A stretch of 64,000 nucleotides of DNA from positions 1-64,000 of the forward strand of contig JYFJ02000087.1 in the NCBI GenBank assembly GCA_000934665.2, in the 5' to 3' direction. Below, piece after piece: positions 1 through 10,900 of the stretch. The position numbers and the translations under genes are program-made. Source of the DNA: Catajapyx aquilonaris (taxonomy: Eukaryota). Position 1 is the stretch's first letter. Every line of letters begins with the position of its first letter. A model generated the notes under the pieces. That model saw nothing but the letters and a program-made list of their open reading frames with translations. It was not told where the DNA came from and ran no database searches.

Positions 1-96
1 GGTCAAAGTAACTTGTAACTGTAGCTAGTTACTTTTTTGGACTGAATAACTGTAACTGTAACCAGTTACATTTCAAAAGTAACTTACCCAACTCTG
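1..96. mobile_element. Terminus of a non-autonomous DNA transposon, possibly hAT-type, cut by the window edge
   Basis: Reiterated gtaact/agttac subterminal motifs ending in ...gtaacttacccaactctg (reverse complement CAGAGTTGGGTAAGTTAC). A related degenerate copy lies at about 15613-15790. The family assignment is inference. Confidence 0.55.
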
Positions 97-145
97 GAAA
101 TACCACCAAACAGGACGAAGAAAGACTAGAGCTGGTAACAAACGT

Positions 146-172
146 TTTATTCTGATTAACTCTTTGTTTATT
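146..172 (-). terminator. Candidate polyadenylation signals (two AATAAA)
   Basis: Minus-strand AATAAA at 172-167 and 151-146, followed by a U/GU-rich tract (gtctttcttcgtcctgtttggtggt). This implies a 3' UTR of about 1.6 kb. Confidence 0.55.
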
Positions 173-528
173 ATAGTAACCACAGTGGTATACATTACAC
201 CAATAACTTAGTTTTGGAATTGTTCGTCCTTTTGATGAGCAGTGAAGAGGGTAGAAAGGAGAGATGTCATCTTTTGAATAATATCACCAAACTGTACAAT
301 AGTTCTCTTTGAAAGTACTCTTCAGTGGGTCTATTAGCACTCAAGTCCAACAATTCCACCCTCCTGGGCTCCTCTTGTTTTAAGTCATTGTTGGGAATTC
401 ACTTACACAATGTTCACTTTGCATAAGGTCTCTAGGTGGATATGTAATGTAGTTATGCTGTTCAAACCAAAACAGGAGCAATTTTTGCTTCTCACCGTAA
501 GGTTATGGTGACATTACAAAAGCATCAA

Positions 529-891
529 CCCATTTATGCCTAGCATATCACACATGGATGAGTCACCGGGAGAAATACTTTTTACAATTTGGAATGACTA
601 GGAAGCACAGGCTCACATTCTATCCTATCAGTAGTATAATCATGATGAAGCAAAAACAGGAAGATCTTAATCGACTACGTAATTTTATTAGTTGATTTAG
701 TTGCCCAAGTATGGTATAGGAGATTACTGCAGCATGTAAATTTTGTGTGTCAAGTAAACAATTCCGTGAAATTTTTGAGTTCTCTGCAATCGACTCGGTT
801 GACTATGATGTCAATTCCTGTTTTTGTGTCATCAAAATTGCACTGCTTATGAGCTTCCTAAATGACACAACTTGGCTGCGGCATAAATGGG
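529..891. mobile_element. piggyBac-type fold-back MITE (about 363 bp)
   Basis: TIRs CCCATTTATGCC (529-540) and GGCATAAATGGG (880-891), flanked by tcaa and ttaa (TTAA target duplication, one side mutated). The inner arms also pair: caaaaacaggaa at about 651 with ttcctgtttttg at about 815, and taggaagc with gcttccta. Confidence 0.75.
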
Positions 892-1725
892 TTAACCTTT
901 GACTGAACTGCCATTCTAACTCAAGCACCCAATGCTTCTGCAACAACTCTGCCTGAAACTTGCATTAACTACATCCCTAGGAATGTAAGTGCAACCCAGT
1001 ATTTACTTTAATGATGAAAAGGGGGTGAAAGTTAATCTACTTTATGTGATTGCATCGATTTGGGTCATTTCATCCAGCCGTCCGTCTCAATACAATCCGA
1101 ACTGTCATGAGATGCAACTGACTAGCGCATTATCATGTCCAGGGGAGGGCGATTAAGGAGTAACCAGTACGTAATCTATCCTAGTTTCATTGCAGACATC
1201 CCATGCGTGTGACCAGTTTAATAATTTTTTAACAAGGTATTTTTTTTAAACATGCAACATTTTTAAAGAGCAGTTCTGTATGTGACACTTTGGTTCACTT
1301 AATTGACAATCCCGCAAACAGCACAGGCGTTTTTCATCAATCACAGCCTTTTCTCTCTCGTTTCTTAAGCTTCTCTCACCGTATGAACTGTCATGTTTAT
1401 GTCATGTTTTCACTCAACATGTTGCTCACTTTCTTGTCACATTTCTCTAGGTGACTAGGAGGAGACGGGCCACCAACGTGTGCTAAATCCGTAAAAGAAG
1501 GAAACGCAACGAGTGTGTGTCAGGTTTTTTTCATGGAGGATTGGTCCCTCAACCGAAATTAACATAATGAGGTTGATAATAATTCTGCATAGTTCAAGTT
1601 ATTCCTCTAAATGCATGCACTCAACCGTAATCTTAGGATTTGTAAGCAACACGTTTGGTGCCTGACGTCCCCCTCATCACAATTTGGGAGTCCTCACCTC
1701 ACTGGTAGCACCCTTTTCTGCGCAA

Positions 1726-1935
1726 CTACACGTTAAGGTCAGCCATCATCTTCCTGAAGTCAGCCAACGTGTTGTAGTCGGGATCAGAGTCAATGTCTGC
1801 AAAATCCCGGCTGGTGTCTGTCTTTGCAAAATTAGGGTTGTAACGGCTCAGCGAGAGTGGGCAGGGGAGGAGCTCAGGCATCACGGAATGATGTGTTATC
1901 AGTGCTGTCAAGGTGCAGAATTCCTTTGTGAAGCC
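1726..1935 (-). CDS. EGFRAP: Terminal coding exon, end of SH2 and C-terminal tail (GFTKEF...DPDYNTLADFRKMMADLNV*)
   Basis: Follows a 65-nt intron. Acceptor tttcctttccag|GGC. 210 nt ending in TAG at 1728-1726. Confidence 0.95.
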   Translation of the reverse strand, partial: GFTKEFCTLTALITHHSVMPELLPCPLSLSRYNPNFAKTDTSRDFADIDSDPDYNTLADFRKMMADLNV

Positions 1936-4900
1936 CTGGAAAGGAAATATCCGCAAGGTTGCACAGTGACTATTGCATTTCACATCTATTTTACACCCAC
2001 CTTAATTTTGTATCCCTTGGCAGTCCTCATGATGAGGTAGTGTGCTATTCCAGATGGCTGGAAATCCCTGGGTACCCTGAGGGAGAGCGCAAAGCACCCT
2101 GGCTTGCTGGTGCTCTCCCTCACCATGAAGGCCCCTACTGGCTCCTGTCCCAACACTTCCAGGGCTATCTCCCGGGGTATCCCAGCCTGGAACCAAGGAG
2201 CGGCTCTGAGCTCGCTCTCTTCTCCAGCCTTGCCGAGCAGGTGGAGGCTGTCACTCCGCTCTGGAGGATGGGGAGGGGTTGGGGAGAGGGCAGGGGGTGG
2301 CGGAGGAAGTGGAGGGGGCGGCGGGGGAGGTGGAGGGGGTGGGGAGGGAGACGGAGAGCCGTCGCTGTTGGGTTCGATGATGGTGGTGTCCGTGGCAGTG
2401 GTTGGCTCCTCAGCAATGCTGTCGGTGACTGTCGAGTTCTGTGTGCTGGTGCTGAGTTGGGATATGCGCTTTGACTTGCAATCATCACTGCTCGGAGTTG
2501 TGCTTTCACAGGATCTGCAGGGAGCAAGGAATTTGGTGAATACAACATCACTTTGAGAAGAAATATGGAAATCATAATATATGCACAGTACATGACAGAC
2601 ACTTGACAAAAACCAAATATTTGAATTATTTTCAGACTAGACTTTGAAAGGGTAAAGTTCAAAAGTCTAAGTGGTCAATGTTTTTCTCTGTGTATTTCGA
2701 GAATCATTAGTGTCAGTGCAATGGGCTCTTATGTGGAGCTGCATCCACTTCATCTGATAGCATCATAAAATATGTATGGATTATGAACCTGCCATTAACC
2801 AATTCTGTTTACAAGCTTATCATATTGTTCCACAGAGTGTTTAGCAAAATATGGCTCACAAACTGTCAAAATATGCTTGATTATCATAATTAGGTTGCGT
2901 TGTCAACAACCATAATAATTTCTGGACCGGTGACCGACATGGAATAATTCTGTTTAGAATAATGGCAATGACTGTACCAGTGTACATGTTTTCTCGACGT
3001 TGATAATTATATGCCAGTAATCAAATTATCATCATTTTGTACATTTCGGTTGGCACTGCTAGACCTTTGAATCACAAAGTTTATTGAGATAATATACAGG
3101 GTGATCCAACAAGGAATAACCACTGCTTCTTTAGCTTTTTTTCCAATGAGCAAATGTACTTGAGGTAGGGAGTGCTAGTGTGCTCCTCTTCAGCCTCAGG
3201 TTGCCTGAGATTGATGAACTCATCGTAAAATATTTTGCCACACAATAAATAAAAAGCAGGCAAAACAAGTGTAGCAATACTTTTGGTGCTACAAGTAATC
3301 CTGATACTTTGTTAGTGATTATTATAAAAAGGCTAAGTAAGCCAAAATAATTTCTATAAGCAGTGTTTCTTGCTTGTCTGATGCCCACCCTGTATACTGT
3401 AGTAACATCTACCAAACTCTTCTATTAATGCAAGCCATCCAACACAGACTTGATTGACAGCTAACCTTTTGGCATCCACGTCAACAATGTCCCTGTTGTC
3501 CAAGTGCCTGGAGTCCTTTTCAATGGCATCCGAGTTGACAGCCTGGTTCACATAGCCGAGGGAAGTCAGGGCCAGCCTGGAGCAGTTGGAAGTGGCAGTG
3601 GCAGCTGGCGAAGTGCTGACTAGTGGGCAGAGGTCCTCCTCCCCGAAGCCCATGGTGAACCTCTTGATCAGGGGTGGCTTGTCCACCAGCCTCTTGTACG
3701 AGTTCAACTCTGTCGGGGAGTTGCTCTCTTCACTGCAAGGCGTCAGCTGGTCCACATTGTTGTTGTCGTTGTGCTTGTTGTTGCCTCCAGATGCCAGGAA
3801 GCCGCTAGCTCCTAGTCCTGACTTATTGCTGGTGGCTCCCAGAAGTCCGGGGATTGAAGTGGGCTTGGGAGGCTGAGGACCACAGCAGGATTAGTTATTG
3901 CAAATGATTAGTAATAAGGAGAGTCTCACCTTGATGGGAGACATTGGGACGTTGAGCCTGTGCTGCGGAGGTCCCAATGTGAGATGGTGGTTATGCTGGT
4001 TGTTGAGCTGGTGGTAGAAGTGCTGCTGCTGGTTCTGGTGCTGGTGCGGATGGTGGTGATGGAGGTTGTGGTGGTGGTGGTTGTCGAGTGTGGCTCTACT
4101 GGCGCCGTTCAGCACCACTCCTTGCTTCCCAAACTGGTGCGGGGCCGAAAGGGCATTCATGGCATCGAAACGACCCACCAGCGGGTCCTTATGCTTGGAT
4201 TTGGCAGCCACTTGCTTCGCCTTTCCAGAAAATTAGGAAATTTTTATACACATTTGACTCACACACCAGCAAACATATCGGTCGACCAATCAACCGCACT
4301 TATTTGCACTTGCCACACACACGCGTCGCCAAAGGTCCATGCGATAATTAACCCCAGTGTTTGCCCACATCCGACTCCATCAGATCATACGTTTAATCCC
4401 CAAAACACGGCTAGTCCCTTGAGAGACTTGAGGCTGACTTTAGCCCAACACCAGTTGCAGGTTTTAAAAACCCCAAGTCCCCGTGGCCCGAAGGTGGACT
4501 TGCATGCATTCTCCCACGAGCTAATCGCGTTGAGACTTTCCAACGGAAGCCCACCTAATTGGATTACTCTGCCCATTAACTCTGGACTTGTCGAGCACTC
4601 AAGCGAGGATCCACCTTCTCCTTTCGCCCTCCCCTTGATTTATCGCCTCCTCACCTGCCGACCCCTTACCTCCAGGTCATCAAATGGGACCAAGATTTCA
4701 AATACGGTAGTGTATTTGAATATAATAATAAAAGGAAAATGGAAGTGGGAGCAGTAGCCCCATTCACAGCCAATCACGGCCAATTACGTCACAGCACCAA
4801 TCGCTGGGCACTATAAACCCATGAATATCGATATGCATTTATGTAGGGTTTATCGATATCCATACATGCATATCGATATCCATACATGCATATCGATATC

Positions 4901-7900
4901 CATACATGCATATCTATATTCATAAATGCATATCGATATTCATAAATGCATATCGATATTCATACATGCATATCGATGTGTATCGATACATCGTGATACG
5001 TACCCAGAGCTTGGCATGCGAATCCTCAGCGTTTTTCGAGTTGTTCCTAGCCTCGGTGTCGGTGCTGGTCTTGGGCGCGGGCAAGGTGGTGCAGGTGACT
5101 ATGGAGGCGGCGGCAGGGGCGGCCCCTAGAGGCGTAGAAGCAGTGGGCGAGACGGGCGAAGAGGCGTCCAATACCTTCACGGAGCTGTAGGATCTGGTCT
5201 GCAGCTGGGCAGCATAGGCCATGCGAAAGGCATTGCCCACGATGCTGTTCAACTCTTCCGCCTGCGCAAACAACAAAACCAGACACGGGATCGGTCACTA
5301 ACACACGCAATCCATTTGATCACCTGCTAACGGGCCTGTCATTCTCTAGGAAACGAGGGGGGGAAGGTCCAATCATGTAAGAATATAGACTATACCCACA
5401 GGTTCGTTATTTTAGCGATTTTTTTTACTGTTAACGAGATCCTATTATGGGGTTTATCGCAACAGGAAAAAAAAAAGTAGGCTGGAACATTGCCATTTTT
5501 TAAAAACTTTTTTAATAGGACGCGGAGAGTAAAAAGTTGCGCTCTGTTGTTTTTCATAGTTAGAAACTTTTAGCCTTTTATAAATCGTGCGTGTAATGAG
5601 GGTTTGCGGTGGTGGAAGCTACGATAGGATCATACCTAGTCACAATCAGAGCAGGTGACCATGCAATTTTTGTTGTTGTTGGAAAACATGTTTTTCGCGT
5701 CAGGTACTCCCAACAAGCTTGGTAATAGTGAGGGCAAAGAGGATAGTCGAGGGCTGGAGTTATGAGACTGTCAACCACTCGATTACAAGCGCTCCGATGT
5801 GACAGCCAACATCTTTCCACTCGTTAATCTGGGATAATGCGAGCTCATGGATCACTCTTACCAGCTAAATCCTAACATACGACTTTTATCGGCCGGCAAT
5901 CACTCAGACTTATTCCCTCCCACGTTTTTTCCTCATCTTATCTATCAGGAAGGGCAAGTGTTTGCAGGTTGGGCTCCAGGGGGATGGGGGTCCTATCACT
6001 GGTTAATTTATGTCGCACGTGACTAAAGAAGCAGTTATGTGGCTAGCACTAAATAAATCATAAATCGGAATAATTCATTGCTCGGTACATCAGATTTCGG
6101 TGATGACATATAACGAGAGTTGGTTTTTATTTCCCGACTATGCCCCCCTGAATGGCTCTTTATATTCGGCACTAAAATCCGCTCGTCTGCAATAAAGGCG
6201 TCGCAAAAAGCAAGACCATTATCAAGGGCGCCGAGGGTCCCCTACCTCCCATCAGGTCACACCTGAGGAAACAGCAAAAACTCGTCATCCAGAAGAAAGG
6301 ACAATAGAAACTGCAATAGAATCCTGACCCCTCGGCAGGTGAGAGGCCAAAGCACCGCACATAGGAAAAGTACCCCCCCCCCCCNCCCCCCCCCCCTCTC
6401 ACCAACTCATTTTGGGGACACGTGGGAGGCCCAGACACTTATGAGCTAGGATTTATAATTCGGGTGGCTCGGAATGAGACCGAGCTTACAAAGGAACCGC
6501 TGAGGTATTTTCATGTACACGTTCACCGTGGTTAATAAAACAAATTCCGAATTCCATCGCCAGCTACCTTTCCTTCTCTGCCCTTGGCACAGGTGACATT
6601 CCAGTCACGTTTTTTATATACCGTATATTCCTTGCGCTCTCCTAATCTCCTCCCATTTCTACGCTCTATACTGCATCCATCTTGGTTCCCTACCTTTAAA
6701 AATGGCATTAAATAGGAGGGCATGCCAATAAAAATGGCTACCCTTAGGTCGATTCCGATATTATTTCATGTTTTAAGACCATTTGCGACATAGGATGATA
6801 TGTAGCCATCCTATAGCGTACAGCCATGTGCTGTACTCAGATCAGCATAAGAAAACACTCTGCACGAGTTACACACGAGAATGTGCGCTGAAATGTGCGA
6901 AACCACGCAGCGTAAATCAAGGTGAATTCCCGGTGAACTGCAAGAGCATCCATTTGGGCCAAGGGAGAGGTCCGCCCCCNCCCCCCCCCACTTTTTTTTC
7001 TAACAGACCCCACCCGTATATATAATATCAGATCCATTTTTCATGAAGTTATGGAACCGGGCCAGACTATAAAATGGCCAGCTCCGATCGGATTTTCAGA
7101 GGTTGAGCCACGTGCGCCAAAGTCCGAAGAAAACTTGCAGCTCATGACCTTTTATGACGTCTTTCCCCCCCAAAATGCAAATAGCACGTATTTTTCTTCA
7201 GCAAAGTCACAATTGTGCGGAATGGTTGAACGTGTGGGAGCGAGGAAAGACGAAATTTTGGGGGGTTCCCCCTTCCTTCTGCCTCATTTGGAACAGAAGC
7301 AAAAGTAATTGTGGCGCCAGGATGAACTTGGCTGCAGCGCTAAATCCCCCAATCTGCTTCTCGGCACCTCCTTAGTATGATCCCGGTATCGTCTTTCCCC
7401 CACCCAACCCTCCACCCACCCCCTGCCGTACCAAACTCGGTGGGGCGCAGATTGCTCCTGTAATTTCTGGCCACCCGAGCATTATCGGAACCCAGATGAC
7501 AGCTTTGAAATGGGAAACCGAGCGGCTCCATGCGCCGCAATTAAGGCGGCACGGAGCCTATAATTGTATGCACAACTTTATATACACCCATCCTAAGCTC
7601 TCTAGCACCAGTATGAATCAGAAGACTGACCCTTACCTCTTTCCTATATATGCAGGAGGGTTCCGACTTACGCAGACCTGGACACACGTAAAAAATTGGT
7701 TACAAAAATACCAACAAATGCATCCGGGTGGTTTCGGAATGTATGGTACCGAGTTACGTATGCATATCCGGACATACGTAACAACGCTCCAGTGTCCGGC
7801 TCCGAGTTACGTACACTTGACTTATGTAAGTCGGGGGTAGAGCAACTAGAGCCTTTCCTTAACCCTTTTCATGAACATAAATGGTTAAAGAGTGGTGGTG

Positions 7901-10900
7901 TCATTGTGGCGGAGTAAATACTCGATCAGGATATTATAAATCGGCTCCTAACGGGTCTAAATAACAGGCTGGAGATTGGAATTGCCCATCAAAATGTATT
8001 CTGGTGCCCTGCAGCGGTTTTGAGGATGACCACGAGGGTGAGGAAATGGGAGGGGTGGGTGGAATAGATATATGCGTTAAAAAAACTGGCATTCTTTGTA
8101 ATTGATACGAAACCTGATTGTCCAGGTCATTCGCGGGGCATGAGAAGACCAAGGGCGGAGAGTCACACTTGGCGTCTTTAAATTTTTGTACATTTCACCC
8201 ATGTGATGATGAGGTTATTTGAGACGGAACATGCTTAACTGTGGGTAACTGCTTATCACGCCTCTAATTTTCACATTGTTCACATTGGCAACCGGTACTA
8301 ACAAGGTTTTGTGCACAATTTCACGAGCTTACTTCCTTTAAGCCCTTTTAAGTAATTTTCTTCACATATAAAAGCGAAAATTCCAGTGTCCGGCCAAACT
8401 ATTCCGATGGCCAGTATCCTGCAGGACCGCATCGTCCGAGTGATTAAGAGTCCAGCCTGACTTGTGAGAGATGGGGGTCAATTTGTTTCCCAAGTGGCGG
8501 TCATTTTTCCGTCAGGCCCTAGCCTCCAACCTCATCAGTTTCGTCCGTGGGGTCAGCAGGCAGGCCAAAACCCTTAGATTTTCTACCAAACACCCCCTCC
8601 AGCAGCGAATCCTTGAGGGAAGAAGACCTGTCAGATGCGCCAGGCTCCAAAATTGCATTGTAATTCTTCCGCTCCAAAGTGCGTGTGGAGAACACGAAGC
8701 ATTCGCACGCAGTATAATGCAAACTAATGATGGCCCTACACCAAATTGAACTGTCAGCAAGCGCGATTTACTACGATAAGTCGTCAGGCACGCGGCAACA
8801 TATACAGAGGATTGTTAATAATACTTCTGGTGATCCGAGGTAATCCGCACTTTTGGTGATCCAGTGTACACTTTTGTGAGGAATGACTACCCCTTTGTAT
8901 AACCATAGAAATCAGCAACTTGGTGCGTCGAGAAAACGAGGAAAATGTCCTACCTATTTTTTGATGATCCTTCGAAGGATATATTTGATCGGCTCTCCAC
9001 CAGAGCGCTCCGGATTCCAATGTCCGGAGGCTGTTATAGGTGACATATGGCGAGTGCGAACAATATCCTTGGCACCCGCGTTCGGTCCCAGTTCTCATCA
9101 AGCATGATAAATGACGTCCATCTTTCCGCCGGTTGAAATTACGCTTTGATTCGCACGTTATAGCTCACTATATATATTCAGAAGGCGGTGGCAGCTGACG
9201 TGTATTACTTTTCGGCCATAACGCCAGGGGGATTATATTTTTTTTGCGGAGAAGCCTCTAGGCACAATGGCTGCCCATGCACGGTGTCACCTCGCGATTT
9301 ATGTCCACGGATATACCCTCCACGAGACGACACGACTGCAACAAAAGTATGCAACACGTTCCTGAAGATCGGCATGCTCGCAGGGTGTCGTCTATACCCG
9401 CGAATAGCAAAAAAAGACAATGGACAACGTACCATGGTTGAGCCGGCACGTCCTGCGAGTTCTCTGCGACTGGTACTTTAGACTTGGACTCTTTAGCTCC
9501 GGCAGCCGGAAAACAAAAAGTTTTCCCACTCGAAACAAGCTGGAGGGGATGTTATCCAGTAGCGGATGGAAGAACACACTGGCGTGACGGGACTTCTTTA
9601 CGTGATTCACACGATGGTTCTGAGACCGACCTACGTACGTTTTAATTACAGGACTGTGTCAGCGTCTATTGCAAAGGTTGACTGCCGATGTACAATAGGT
9701 GCACATACAGCAGGGTTGGTTAGAGCTCCGGTATCCCGAGGTCTTTGCTAATATTTCTGCTGGCAACCGTGCAGAAAAAAATATGAAATATCAAACAATA
9801 CAACCTGGAGGAAAGATGAAGTCTGCGTCATGGTCCGGCGGGCCCGGCCACATATCCACATCCACGTCTTCCTTTGGGCTCGAGAGGCCCATCTCACCAG
9901 GCCGCATTCCTCGCGTGGAGATCCTTCTCTTTTTCCACGCCCACCTCCCCACACACACACTCACACTGCATACACCTTCTCCTCTCTCTTGGCCTTTTTC
10001 AGGCTTGTCCTCGGGCCAGTTTTAAGTCTGGTTTCACAATCTGGTTTTCTATTCGGTTTTACCCCCCATTTTCCGCCTGCTGGCATCACAAATCCGGAGT
10101 GTACACGCAAATCCTCAATTCTTCACTAATTCCAGTTAACCCACATAAATCCAGCACACCTAATTAAGAAGTTTGCAAAAAAAACTTTTCCCACTCGCTT
10201 TTGCATTCTGCCCAATTTTTTTTTTGCTTCCCTGGCAAAAAATTACATCAAGCGGCGAATAAAAAAAAAAGATGAAAAATGTGGGCAAGGTGGTAGCTTC
10301 AACTGCGCCCTGTTAATTCCCAATTAATTTAGGCAAGGTGGAGACGCAAAGCCGGCATTATCCACCTGTATTATCCCGCTGAGCGTGCACCGCTTCCATC
10401 CATTAACCCCATCGGCAGCACCCCCTAATTAGTTTTCCGGTAGCACACACACCTGCTAAATGACTTATTAGTTCGACAAGACAGGTGTAAAAAAAGATGA
10501 GACCCTGACTGGACCATGTCAGAATTTATTTGTCAAATAATTCAGATGACAAAAAAATTCTGGCAAAATTTTACATACAGTATCTATAGCTTCTAGCAAG
10601 ACTTCATCTGAGGCTTCAAGCAATAATTTGTGACCAAATTTTGTCCAGACAATTTTGTGGCTTCACCCAAACAATATCTGGCCATACTACGCCGAATAAG
10701 TTTTTTTTCAATATTATTTGTCATTTTTGCCACATAAATATCTAGCAATATTTAATTCACGCAATTTGTGCAATATTTTGCCTAATAAATTTTTTCCAGT
10801 TTTGCCCAATAAACTTCTAGCAATATTAAATTCACACAATTTTTGCAAATTTTTTTAATCATTTTTGCTAAATTTCTGGCGATATTTCATTCTGGCAATT

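Noticed and set aside
1690..1728. Stop-codon readthrough, or a 3' UTR intron from GAG|gtgagg near 1698
   Set aside because: TAG-T is not a leaky context and a second stop follows after 8 codons. I found no convincing downstream acceptor.
1684..2556. Plus-strand ORFs (118, 171 and 150 aa) with Gly/Arg runs
   Set aside because: They are shadows of the SH2 and polyproline exons.
3960..4757. 265-aa plus-strand ORF, the longest in the track
   Set aside because: It is the antisense shadow of the His/Gln codons, giving Val/Leu/Met runs, plus intron sequence. It starts at GTG and shows no recognisable domain.
4821..4990. CRISPR-like array
   Set aside because: The units are directly tandem with no unique spacers, there are no cas genes, and the context is a eukaryotic intron.
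7859..7888. ttaaccc...cataaatggttaa resembling the ends of the 529-891 MITE
   Set aside because: Only 30 bp, too short to distinguish from chance.
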